From positions 248,001 to 312,000 of the forward strand of contig QPGO01000005.1 of assembly GCA_008632985.1 (NCBI GenBank): a DNA stretch of 64,000 bases, written 5' to 3'. The first letter of the stretch is position 1, and the number at the start of each line of letters is the position of its first letter. The notes beneath the pieces were generated by a model. It was given only the letters and a program-made list of their open reading frames with translations, made no database searches and was not told the origin of the DNA. Made by a program: the position numbers and the translations under genes. Origin of the DNA: Psammoneis japonica. Taxonomy: Eukaryota. This document shows, one piece after another, positions 47,962-59,346 of the stretch.

Positions 47962-50336
47962 TCATCGGTCCCGAGATTCAGAGCGCTTCCTTTTCATGAG
48001 AGCGAGGCAGTCGGCCAGAACAGATATCGAATCCTCCACAATGCAATGATTGAGAAGCGCAATCTCGTGATTCCTTCCCATAAGATCTAGAAATTCTCGC
48101 TTCAGCAGGCGACGAAGGACCGAGACGAAAGCTTGCAATGACGATAAGTGCTTTAAGGCAGTTTGATCCCGAAACATGACGGCGTCAATGAGGGAGCCTG
48201 ACATGTATCGCTGTCGAGCAGACAAAAATAGTCTTTCTTGCCGAGAGAGATAAGTTGCTAGCAACTCACAAGCTCTGCTTGCAATCCTGGTTGCTTCTGA
48301 GTGTCCTGAAATACTTGTCAGAGCTACTGAAAGGTCAAGCATCGCCGAAAGAGTCATGGGATGACAAAGCGGCAAGTGATGCTCACATCCTGCTACGAAA
48401 GTATGAAGAATATCATTGGACTTAAACCCATCGCCACGCTCCATGTGTAGACAAGCAATTCGAGACATGATGTCGTACGGGCGTTCCGTAGTTCGGTCAA
48501 GCGTGCTAACCAACCATCATTCCTACTGAAATCGCTTGATTCGCGACGTCAAGGCATCGTGAAAGCGCCATCTCGCACCTATTTTCAATTCCAACTCCTT
48601 GCTCCCTTTGTTTCTAGCTGCACGAAACTTCGAAAGACAGTTTAAAAGTAGCCAGGTCGCGTGGATTGTGGTGACCGTCTTTTGAAACGAACGTTGTGAT
48701 GGTGTCCACTTCGTCATCTTGCCAAGGCTATAGCAGCAATGTTGGTGACAACCCCCTTGAAGAACCCAACGGTGGCCGTTGCTTTACCTTCTACGCTTGT
48801 GTCGACGCAATATGTTTCATATCAGTATCTCCTGTTGCAGAATCATCGCTAGGCTTATTACTGGTTCTGGAAGATGCTGCCGCAGCAGCGGCGGCTGCGG
48901 CGATGCCACCAATGGGGGGTTCGGTGCTCCTTCTCTTACGACGAGATGCCGCCGCCACAGTAATAACCCCCGCCAGCGATAAAGGGAGGTGTGGCAGAAC
49001 CAAGAGCTTTCTGTAGCTTCTTAATCATCTTTTCTGTACCAGTAGATGGTTCAAGGACTTCAACATGCGATTTCGCGTCGTCGGGCTTTCGTGAAGCATT
49101 CTCCCCTTCTGTTGGGAGGTGAAGTTAAAGTGGCAGTAGCGGCACGTGAAGGAGCACACGGTGATGGCTGCTTTGCCCATGGTGCTTTCGATGCAGAATG
49201 TACGTCACCAGCACTTTCATGATCGAGATGCTTCTTCTTAGCTTTCAAACGTGAAGCCGCTGCAGCAACCGCCGGTATACCCCCACCGGCGGGTTTGGTT
49301 GACGGTTGACATCGACAGCAGTGGTAGCGTTTGCTGACGGACCCGTCGGAGACGCATGCGTTACTTTCTGTGGCTCCGACAAATCATCCTGGACACCACT
49401 GTTTTCGTCATCGCGGCAGCTGCAGCAATACCCCCGACAGAGATTAAGGGAGGCAGGGCAAAAACTAGATCACCCTGTCGCTCGTCAACAGTCACTGCTT
49501 CTGCTGGTTCAGAGATTCCAGTACGTTCGCTGGGCTCTCTAGTGCTGCTTCATCCTTCGCTATGAACGGTGGGGCGTCTGATGGTAAAGGCAAGCACGCG
49601 AGGCAGCTAAATGTGTCGAGTTTCCACAAGGCCTCCAGCTGTACGTAAAATTCAGATTGGAATATTTTCCGCATTGACAATCCGGATGTGGAATTTACCC
49701 GCACTGTGGCCTCACGATTGTCAACGAAGAAAAACAAATATTCAATGCAGTTGTCAATTCTATTCGTGGCCAACTTCGAAGACAAGCTCGAGGATTCTGA
49801 TTGGAGACTTGTTGTGTGGCTGAAGCAGGTATTCAATATTATCTAGCCAGGTGATGGATTCTTCACCTCAGAAAGAGGATAAACGGAGCTTGTTACAGTC
49901 AGACAAATAAGCTCATGAATTTAGAACCTTTCATTTATTTCTGGAGAGTATTCTAGCTAGCTACTTTTAGAATTGACATTCTTCTGTTGCTCCGCCAGTT
50001 TGGCAGAACACGACGAATCTGAATCCATAAAAAACGCAAGGCGATCAGCGCCGAAATAGTCAGCACATACTGAATATCGTCTTGGGGCATACCGTAACGA
50101 ATACCCCAGCGTGGACACTTCCTGAAATAAAGAGAGCAATGCGGTACAAAAATAGAAACGACGACATCAAAGTACGCAACGACGACGCAAGCGCTACGAC
50201 CGTCATCGAAGTCCATTGACGTTCGTACGGAATGAATAACACGCCAAAAAAGATTGCTATCTTGTACTATTAGTCTTTCTACTTGTAATGGAAGTTTCAA
50301 AGCGTGTTTCAAATAGTTGAAACACGCCAATATCAA
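47962..50336 (-). pseudogene. Broken gene with a TPR-like C-terminal part
   Basis: 47962-48513 'LPLCHPMTLSAMLDLSVAL...EATRIASRACE' resembles helical TPR-type repeats. Upstream frames are interrupted by stops. Confidence 0.35.
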
Positions 50337-50809
50337 AAGTTGATATAGAAATCGGTTGCGTAGGGTGACGTTGCCTCAAGAGCTCCATCAAAAGATGGCG
50401 CTCAAGCTTTTACGTATCTTCAGAGAGAAAAATATCACTCTAAAAAAAGTAAAAGGGGGGACGTACTACGGAGACAACAAGAAAACTTGCGAGTCAACCG
50501 CGTTCTAAATCAACACTCCCTACGAGTGAAGACTTACCGTATCATGCCACTGATACGACAGAACCCCAAACCTGTGTTCCGTCAACGGTATGATCTGCTC
50601 GGCAAGCTCTTGCTGCTTTACAGACGAACGCTGCTGTCTGTTTCAACAGCCGTGACCTGACGGGTCAAGCGAACAGGCAACTTCCTACGCTCAAAGACAC
50701 GAGAGTGACATGGACTCAAGGCCGGAGACACGCATTCGATTTGCCCCGACCTCCGGACTTAACTGGCAACACCTACGCCACCTAGAGACAACACGCCATC
50801 AAGCAAAAT

Positions 50810-51090
50810 GAGTTGTGGAATGCCAAACAAATGCAAGGTCTCAATCCAGAGGAAGGGCGAGCCATCCTTGGCGATAACGGCATTCAGGCTTGGCAAACAA
50901 CAACACATCGTGCGAGACGACGAGTTGAAAAGAGAGACAACACTTCGCGCAAGCAAAACATGCTGTGGAACACCAAACAAGAGAAAGCAATTAGAACCAG
51001 AGGAAGGGCACGCCATCCTTGGGTATCGCTGCATTCCGGCTTGGCGAACAACAAACACATCGTGCCGCAAACGACGAGTTGTGATCGAAA
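50810..51090. repeat. ~150-bp diverged tandem duplication
   Basis: 'ccagaggaagggc..gccatccttgg' at 50846 and 50997, and 'cacatcgtgc..acgacgagttg' twice. Confidence 0.7.
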
Positions 51091-51458
51091 ATCGAGCGCA
51101 AAAGAATTTCCAGCTTTTGTTTGTCTCATGACCGTTGCTAAATTTCTCAATCACTATCATTTTTGTGTGTCCACGTAGAGTTATTACAGTGATTTCGTAT
51201 GTAGAAGATTTGTGGGAACTCGGTACTTTCAAAAATACTACTGATTCCTACGTACACTTTACGGTAACCGCCAGGGCTCCAGAATTGACCAGGACGCGCG
51301 ACACTTGCTGCGCACTGCGCGCTTCACCTCCCATCTGCACCGCCGCGATCTGCATGCATCACATCGCATCTTCGTGCTATTTCGTCGCCATGTGCATGAC
51401 CCCAGGGGCGTATCCATAGGGCCTACATCACACCGCTGTGTTCGGTTTATTACCTCCA

Positions 51459-53214
51459 TGATTCCCGCCATGTTGACTAGAAATGTGAGATGCATGATTA
51501 GGCTTTCAAAAGTCGACTTCTCAACAACAATCGCCAGCAGCACTACCCCGGAGTTTTTGTCCGACCTATCACAAGCATTGCCTCAGGTTGAGGTCTCCAC
51601 CAACCCATATGATTGCGAGACACACGGCCACGGTGAATCGTATCACCGCACTCAGGACCCCGCGGCCGTTTTAACGCCATCTAGTCGAGAGGATGTCCAA
51701 GAAATCATCAAGCTCTGTTCTCAGCACTTGGTTCCGGTGATCCCATACGGTACGTTTGTTTTTCTTGATCTTAGCAAGAGCATTGAACGCGCGGATCATC
51801 AGCATTGCTAACCAAACTTAAACGTCATATTGAAGGCGCGGGGACGAGTGTCGAAGGACATGTTTGCGCAAAGCAAAGCGGTACAATAAGTCTAGACATG
51901 ACAAAATTTGACTCCATCGAATTGTTTGACTCTTCCGACAGCGGGCTTCCTGATGCGCACGCTGCAGTAGGTGCTGGAGTACACCGAAGGCAGTTAAACG
52001 AGGCTCTTCGGTAAGTACTACTTTCTGATTGAGGTTCATAAAGATTGTAGCATTCGCGAGCCTCTAAGGAATACTCAGACTCATTTTGTTGGTGGGTTTC
52101 AAAGACACACCGGCCTTCAGTTCGTGGTAGACCCAGGAGCAGACGCCACCATTGGAGGAATGGTCGGTAGGTGTATACAAGCAGTATCATTCGCATGTTG
52201 GTATAAAGTGAACTATCTCATGAACAAGTTTCTCTTTTAGCATGTGGTGCATCTGGTACAACGGCCGTCAAGTACGGGACAATGAGAGAGAACATTTTGG
52301 GAGTTGAATGTGTGTTGCCGAATGGGGAAGTCGCGAATTGCGGAACTCGAGCTCTCAAGTCGTCAGCAGGATACGATTTAACTTCTCTCATGACAGGTTC
52401 AGAAGGAACTCTTGGTGTCATTACAAAAGTTATTGTGAAACTGCACCCAATTCCGAGCCATGTGACCGCGGCCGTGTGTGTCTTTGACGAACTATCGAAT
52501 GCTGCTCAGGCCGTTGCCGCGCTCAAGCTCTGTGGTATTCCCTTGTCACGATGTGAGCTGCTGGATGATATCAGTGTCGCTGCATTTAATCAGTATCTTT
52601 CAACAGGGAATGGTGTCGGTAAATCTATGAAAGTGAAGCCAACTCTGTTTCTGGAGTTTGAGGGAGCATCGGAAGCCGAAGTTCAAGAGCATGTGTCAAT
52701 GACAGAAGCAATAGTGCAGGACTTTGAAGGTTCCCATTTTGACTTTACATCTGCAGAGGCTGAACGAAAAAAGCTTTGGTCTGCGCGTCACAACCTGTAC
52801 TACGCAACACTCGCTCTGCGTCCCGGTTCTTCGAGCGCGTTGCTGACCGACGCTTGCGTTCCGCTGTCGAGCTTTGCCGACCTCATCGTGGCAACTGCTG
52901 ATGACGTTAAACGACTTGACGTCGTTGGTCCCTGTTTTGGTCATGCCGGGGATGGCAACTTTCATTGCATTCTTCCGCTTGTAGAAGGAGACTCGGAGGA
53001 GTATCTGTCGCGAGTTCATGAGGTAAACGACAACCTTATAAGAAGAACTTTGCAAGCAGGCGGTACGTGCACAGGAGAGCATGGAATTGGGTATGGCAAG
53101 ATCAAGTATCTCGAACTGCAGTATGGTTCCGCTTCTGTGGATGCGATGAGGATGATTAAGAAAGCATTTGACCCACTCAACATTATGAATCCCGGCAAGG
53201 TGGTCCCTTGGTAG
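51459..53214 (+). CDS. LDHD: D-lactate dehydrogenase (cytochrome), FAD-linked oxidase; 4 exons; start codon uncertain
   Basis: 'VIPYG|AGTSVEGH', 'FVVDPGADATIGGMV|ACGASGT', 'KSSAGYDL..GSEGTLGVIT', 'GHAGDGNFH', 'GTCTGEHGIGYGK' and 'DPLNIMNPGK'. Introns at about 51749-51835, 52011-52104 and 52167-52240. Confidence 0.92.
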
Positions 53215-53723
53215 AGCTTCCTAGGAATTGCACTTGCCTTCAAATAAACAGTACGAATGACAGCGAGAATCGAGAACAGCATGCGAAGAGAGTCTGTTGT
53301 CAGAGTAATGGTCATATAATGTTATAAGAATTCACGCTTTTGTTATGAAAGAACATGGATGTTGCCCGGTATAAATCCGCGGCTTCTTCAGAGGACTGGT
53401 TCAATGAATCGTACAAACTAGAAGCCTATTGCTTTGCGCCTTTTGATAATTTCGAATCCAGCTTCTGGATAAGCTGTCCAATGTGATGGAGAGGTGTGCT
53501 TGTGACGGAGAAGCTCGACGCAACCCCAACAACCTCGACGAGCAAGTCAAGCAGCCACTCCCGACGTTCATTTTCGGTTTGCGTTACACACACAAACAGT
53601 TTTGTCATCTTCGTCAGCGCCAAGTTCCACGCTGAAGCCTGAGCGGCTACTGCGACGCGATAGCGCATTTCCAAATCCCATGTGTCATGCGACGGTCTCG
53701 AAGCAGCTTTTCCCAGCACGTCA

Positions 53724-56288
53724 TCACCAAAGAAGTTTTCTGTCGCAGCGGCATTGAACGCCTCTACAGAAGCAGAGTGAAATCATGGTGTTAGAATAAG
53801 AATACGCCAATAATGTACCAGTGAAAGAAACATCACGAAAGAGACACATACCCCATGCTTCCGAAACCTTTCCTTCGGCAGATTTCAACTCTGCAATCGT
53901 CGTATTTACGACAGCTTTTACACTCTCAATTTTTGTTTCAAGTTCCTGTCGAACCTTCTTTGTTTCAGTGGTGATATCAGCGAGAAATTTAACATGTTCT
54001 GATGTTTCGGTATTCTCAGCTTTATCATTTTCGAAGTTCTCGTCTTCCGCATGATAGCGAACAGCAGACGCAGCCATGTTCACCCAGTGCTCCGCAGTAC
54101 CGGTTTCAGAAACTCCAGCTTGAAACCAACCAACAGACGATCGCCACTTGACCGCCGATGTAGCCATCTTTTCCACGTACATGGTCCGACGTTTAGACTC
54201 AAAGGAGAACAATCTCATGTCTGTTTCAAACGCATCAAAGTCTTTCGATTCACTGAAACCTGCATTTGTAGAATCGCCATTATCAAAATCGCCGCTATCC
54301 CCTGCATCCCATATTTCGAATGCATCCTTTTTCTTTATCTGGGTATCCTCAGTCGGTGACTCGCAGCCTTTTTCTTGGGTGTCGTTACCGGAGCCGTCGG
54401 TAATGGTTGACAAAAGGTTATTCACTCTACCAAGCGATTCATTCTTCTTCGCGCGAAGTTCGGCAATGGTGGAACTCCCCGAAGCTCTTTTCTCCAAAGA
54501 CGTTGACACTTGTGCGATCGGTGACGCGGAACGGTCTGCGTCTGACCATTTCGGAGTTAAAATGGATTCCGACCGGCTGGTGCTTGGCTTTTTTGTCAAG
54601 CTGGTACTTACTCTACCAAGCGATTCATTCTTCTTCGTGCGAAGCTCGGCAATGGTGGAACCCCTCGAAGCACTTTTCTCCGAAGACAGTGACACTTGTG
54701 CGATCGGTGAAGCGGAACGGTTTGCGTCTGACCATTTCGGAGTAAAAAGTGATTCCGACTGGCTGGTGCTTGGCTTTTTTGTCAAGGTGGGTGACGTTTC
54801 GGAAGGAATCACCGCTAATGCCTTGGACTGGGTGGGAACGCTACTTAATGCTGCATTCTTTTCTGTACTCAGCTGGTCGTTTTCTGGGATTTCTGAGTTG
54901 CTTTTGTCAGATTGCATGGGTACGGCCGGTGATTCAGAGCAGCTGGTTTTCAAAAACTTGGATAAGGTGGGTGGTCCCGGTCGGCTTGCGTCCGCTGACT
55001 TTGACAAAACAGAGGTTTCCAACGAGCTCGCAGCTGATGCTTTGGATAACGCAGGTGTTTCGGGGAGACTTGTGTCAGTGAAGAACGAAGTTTCAAACAC
55101 ATCATGACTTAACGTAGATGGATCCTCAGATTCGGTCGATTCGTTGTTGTCTTCTGCACCTGGCATTGCAACGGTGATTTCCTCTTTCGCTTTCGCTAGA
55201 TCTCTCTTTGCATCCTCAAATCTATAAGATGGAACAACATAGTAGTACGCAGTCGGAGACCCATCAAAGTCGAGAACTTGGTCCTTTGGACAATAGTCAA
55301 TATCCAGCCTGTTCAGTTCCGTCTCTGAAAAGAACATGGGAATAGCCGTATGGCCGCTTTCGTTCGGAGACTGAGTAAGCACTTCAGGATGAAAGTGGTG
55401 ATTCGCAATGTAACGGCTCTTGGCGGAATCATCAAAGCTTTCGTGATCCTCCACCGACAGCATACACCGAAGAAATGCGTCGCGCAACCGGTTCACCTCC
55501 AAATCCAGACGAGTTGTAACTTTTTGTCTTAGGTGCGGAACTTTGGTGTATCCAGATCGTGAATCGTTCAGCTTTGAAAATGCAATCGAAAGCAATTGAC
55601 ACCGTTCTCCTCTACCACAAATACAGGGAAGGGGCACAAACCCGTCATTCTTGGTTTCCGAGGAAAGGTCCATTCGTGCACTATCCTCTCGATGCTTCTG
55701 CATTAAAACAAACCTGGAAAATTTCGGGTTCTTATCATCGACGCCCACTCGTTCTTCTGGATTTGTAAGTTCTGAAATAACATCGCCTTTGCTCTCGTGG
55801 CATGTTTCGATGGTAGTCGCTTCCACATTGATACTCTTTTTCTTCGTTTCGACTTGAATTTCAAAGCTGTCGTCAAGAGGAGACAACTTCTTCCGGTTAC
55901 TAGCCTTGACAGTCTCTCTACTCTCGGACGATGTTTCTGGATCAGTCGAGGGTTGAGTAGATGATGAATTGGAAAGGTTTAGATCTTCATGGCCAAAGTC
56001 GTGAAGCTGCTTTGACTTGCGGCTACTTTCACGTTTCTGAATGGGCTCTTTGTCTTTACGAGCGTCAGGGAAGAAGTCTGCCGCATCGGCAGCATTATAA
56101 GCATCCATTGCTCGTTGATTCTGAGCAAGAGGATCATGATGGTCGTCATCAATCAATCCATTCAGAGGACACATGATGAGCTTCATCCTCCCGAGCAGAC
56201 GTTGGCTTCGCGCCGATCTCGACCTGTTCTTACGGCCGCTCGGTCGACTCGGCATGTTGCTTGGAGCGGACATTGCTTGTTCGGACAT
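53724..56288 (-). CDS. Hypothetical Ser-rich protein with a 62-aa tandem duplication; 3' end probably spliced toward ~53426
   Basis: 854-aa open frame with normal composition. 186-bp repeat at 54424 and 54610. Confidence 0.7.
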   Translation of the reverse strand: MSEQAMSAPSNMPSRPSGRKNRSRSARSQRLLGRMKLIMCPLNGLIDDDHHDPLAQNQRAMDAYNAADAADFFPDARKDKEPIQKRESSRKSKQLHDFGHEDLNLSNSSSTQPSTDPETSSESRETVKASNRKKLSPLDDSFEIQVETKKKSINVEATTIETCHESKGDVISELTNPEERVGVDDKNPKFSRFVLMQKHREDSARMDLSSETKNDGFVPLPCICGRGERCQLLSIAFSKLNDSRSGYTKVPHLRQKVTTRLDLEVNRLRDAFLRCMLSVEDHESFDDSAKSRYIANHHFHPEVLTQSPNESGHTAIPMFFSETELNRLDIDYCPKDQVLDFDGSPTAYYYVVPSYRFEDAKRDLAKAKEEITVAMPGAEDNNESTESEDPSTLSHDVFETSFFTDTSLPETPALSKASAASSLETSVLSKSADASRPGPPTLSKFLKTSCSESPAVPMQSDKSNSEIPENDQLSTEKNAALSSVPTQSKALAVIPSETSPTLTKKPSTSQSESLFTPKWSDANRSASPIAQVSLSSEKSASRGSTIAELRTKKNESLGRVSTSLTKKPSTSRSESILTPKWSDADRSASPIAQVSTSLEKRASGSSTIAELRAKKNESLGRVNNLLSTITDGSGNDTQEKGCESPTEDTQIKKKDAFEIWDAGDSGDFDNGDSTNAGFSESKDFDAFETDMRLFSFESKRRTMYVEKMATSAVKWRSSVGWFQAGVSETGTAEHWVNMAASAVRYHAEDENFENDKAENTETSEHVKFLADITTETKKVRQELETKIESVKAVVNTTIAELKSAEGKVSEAWGMCLFRDVSFTGTLLAYSYSNTMISLCFCRGVQCRCDRKLLW

Positions 56289-56876
56289 GGTAGCTCAGAC
56301 CTTAGTTTCTCTCCAAGTCCATAGCCTACTGACCGTTCGCAGGTATTAGGAGGGGATCAGTGCTTCCACTTCTTTTTTTGTGAGCGCAATGGCCGGTGGC
56401 CGGTGGCCGTTCGATCCATAAGTTGAGTATTAAATGTACGGATCTAGCCAGAAAGTGTTGTTCTCCTCTGAACGCTCTCGCACAGAACAAATAAATAGTA
56501 GTTCGACCGTTATCTTTGTGTCTTATCAAACCATTGGAAAGCTGCGACGTCTGCCATAGTTCGTTTAAGCGTTTGCGGTTTCGACAGCACATTGTCATCT
56601 CTCGGAGCTTTGCCAATCATTGTCGTTTTGCCAATCCCCTCACTTCTGTGGGAGGCCTCCTTTTTCAGCCCAAAGCGGCATTTTAGGGATAGAGATAATC
56701 GCGCGTATGACGCGCATTGAGAGACTTTCGCCTCGCGCATTCTGTGCTTCGCGCGGTGACATCGATGCCTTCTCACTTTCATCGTGCTGTGTGCTGGGTG
56801 TTTGTGTTGCTGTTGAGTGGTGCTGTGTTGTGTGTTACAAAGCGTTTCGATAGGGCTTACGGTAGCTTAGTTGGCC

Positions 56877-59237
56877 ATGTCCAAGTGGCTCAAATCCGTG
56901 AACAACCTGCTGGAGCAGCTGGATGGACAAGTCGAGACGGCAGTAGTTGATGAGCACGTTGAAGCAACGAGTCGTAACGCGGTGGATCATGTTCTTTCAA
57001 GTCGTGGCCTAAATTCCGGTGCGGACGATGAGGAATCGTATGAGGAATATTATTCAGACGATGACGACGGAGAATACGATGAAGACGAATTTGAAGAGGA
57101 TGAATGGGAAGAAGAAGAAGAAGAGTACGAAGACGCCGAGGAGGAAAAAGAGGAAGTTCTAGATTTGGAGGCACCAGAACCCGCAGAAATACCAAGCGAA
57201 CCTCTTTTTGAAGAAGACAGCGCGGATAACTTGTCCAAGGCCATGGATGAAGGACACCCCGATCAGACTGGTGTTGTTCCAGAATCCTCCACAATCGATC
57301 CTAAAGTGTCTGCCTCGCCGCCTGTTTCCGAGACAGTTGAAGTGGTATCCGTAGCTGATGTCAAAGCAAGTGACTCTGATGAAGTGTCGCCATCTGCTCA
57401 GTCTAGTAGCCAGGAGCCATCATCCAGTGCCCCCGGTAGCTCGTTTGATGTGTTGGATATAGAAGATGCTCAAAAAGATAGTCCACGCTCTCGTGAGAGC
57501 AACACTGAAGTTGTTCCCGTTCAGTCATCACCTCCGACATCGGTACAACTGTCTTCCCCTCCAGCTAGTACAGAATTGAATCTCAAGTCTGCACCTCCTG
57601 TCTCTGGTCAACTCTCCGTGTCAAGTGCCAAGCAAGATCAGCTAAGGCGTTGTAATCTGGAGCGTAGGAAAGCTCAGGCTGAAGCTCGACAGCTGCGAAA
57701 GCATGTCCTTGCATTAAACACACAGCTCGTTAGTCTTGAATCGGAAATGAAGGCTCAACGAGAGGAGCTACAGCGTGCTGCAGAGCGAATGGAACGGGAT
57801 CGCAACCGGCACACGGAAGAACGAGAAGATCTATTGGATGACCACGATGAAGAGATGGAAGCACAGAAGGAGCATTATGAACAATTGTTAGCAGAACAAA
57901 AAGAACGAAACGAGGAGCAGCTCGAAGAGTTGAGAGAACGGTTAGAGCAGGTGGAAGAGAGACGTATGCAGGAGGGAGGAGATTGGACAAAAGAGTTAGA
58001 AGATGCTCTACAAAGAGAACGTGAGTCACTGAAAAAATTCAGCGCCCTTCAAGACGAAAACTCTGCGCTTCAGTCTTCAGTATCCAAGCTAGAGACTCAA
58101 CAAAGCGCACTCCAGAGCAAATTAGAAACTGCGCTACAGAACTCTCAGACTGCTGCAAAACGGGAGCGAGAAGCAGAAGACAAGTTGGATGCATCCCTTT
58201 CGTTGCATTCCCGTCAATTGAGTCAACGACAGGCTCGTGAGGCGGAGTTGGAACGGACAGTTGCGGATCTCGGGGCAGCGCTTGTCGTTGCCCGACAAAA
58301 GAGGCCACCTCCGACCGCCAAAGCGACTGAAGGCGGCGAATCATTTAGAGAACAGCTTGTCGTGGCTTTGGAAGAGCTTGAAACGGTCAAAGCACAGCTT
58401 ACACTGGAGAGACAACGGAGCGAAACGCTGAGCAATGAGCTTCAGGACATCTCAAAGGAGCGTACCGACGAAGCTTCCGCAGCTCTTGCACGCCAGAGAG
58501 AACACGACCGTCAGATCGCCGACTTAAATTTGACAGTATCCCGACTGAAAGCTTCGCTTCGAGACACTCAGAGGGGCAAAGGGGGCGAAACGGAGAGTGC
58601 AGATGCCAGCGACGACGGGCGTCTTGCTAGGCTGGTGAAGGAGGCAGACGAGGCGAAGAATGCTGTAACGTCACTTTCTGAACAGTTATTGCGTCAACAG
58701 AAGTTGGTCGAATTGAGCAAGACCGAGAATTTAGCATTGAAGAACCGTCTCAAGGCTGCGAATGCGCGTGCAGACAGCGCTGAAAAGGCATTGACTTCGT
58801 CTGCAAATACACCCGCCATGTACGAGATGGATGCCAGCTCTGCCCTGACTCCCAACAAATTAAGGCGAAGAGTGAAAGGAGGGGGTCGAGGGCGTGCGGC
58901 GAGCTCATCAAGCGTTAAGTCAATAAGGTCGGCTCTAAATATGGAGCCTGGTAGGGTAGGCGAGGGTGGAGAACAGGTGGCTGTCACCATTGATGCCATC
59001 GATTCCTTCATGGTTGAAACGGGAGCGATGCTCCGGCACGAGCCACTTGCTCGCGCTGCCTTCTTTCTGTACTTGGTCATCTTGCATGTATGGACATTTT
59101 GTTTAGTTGTCTTTCACGCCCACTCGTTTGAAGAGGAGCATGGTGATTTTGGGTCCCTGAGTGAGAATGGCGGGATAGGTCATGGTCGAGATGCTATCGT
59201 TCAGCACTCTTACCGGAAAATGGAACAGATGCATTAG
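56877..59237 (+). CDS. Golgin-84 (golgin A5)-like coiled-coil protein with a C-terminal TM segment
   Basis: N-terminal 'MSKWLKSVNNLLEQLD', acidic region, long coiled coil, and 'IDSFMVETGAMLRHEPLARAAFFLYLVILHVW'. Confidence 0.8.
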   Translation: MSKWLKSVNNLLEQLDGQVETAVVDEHVEATSRNAVDHVLSSRGLNSGADDEESYEEYYSDDDDGEYDEDEFEEDEWEEEEEEYEDAEEEKEEVLDLEAPEPAEIPSEPLFEEDSADNLSKAMDEGHPDQTGVVPESSTIDPKVSASPPVSETVEVVSVADVKASDSDEVSPSAQSSSQEPSSSAPGSSFDVLDIEDAQKDSPRSRESNTEVVPVQSSPPTSVQLSSPPASTELNLKSAPPVSGQLSVSSAKQDQLRRCNLERRKAQAEARQLRKHVLALNTQLVSLESEMKAQREELQRAAERMERDRNRHTEEREDLLDDHDEEMEAQKEHYEQLLAEQKERNEEQLEELRERLEQVEERRMQEGGDWTKELEDALQRERESLKKFSALQDENSALQSSVSKLETQQSALQSKLETALQNSQTAAKREREAEDKLDASLSLHSRQLSQRQAREAELERTVADLGAALVVARQKRPPPTAKATEGGESFREQLVVALEELETVKAQLTLERQRSETLSNELQDISKERTDEASAALARQREHDRQIADLNLTVSRLKASLRDTQRGKGGETESADASDDGRLARLVKEADEAKNAVTSLSEQLLRQQKLVELSKTENLALKNRLKAANARADSAEKALTSSANTPAMYEMDASSALTPNKLRRRVKGGGRGRAASSSSVKSIRSALNMEPGRVGEGGEQVAVTIDAIDSFMVETGAMLRHEPLARAAFFLYLVILHVWTFCLVVFHAHSFEEEHGDFGSLSENGGIGHGRDAIVQHSYRKMEQMH

Positions 59238-59346
59238 CTTTGTATTTGCTACCCCGGAGCAGTACTCTAGCTAGAAGGCTTGTAATGATATATTATGCTG
59301 CCCCATAAGCAATATTAATAAACGAAAGTAGCTCGTTCTTCTGTAT

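Noticed and set aside
54148..55107. 319-aa plus-strand ORF
   Set aside because: Antisense shadow of the 854-aa minus-strand gene and its repeat.
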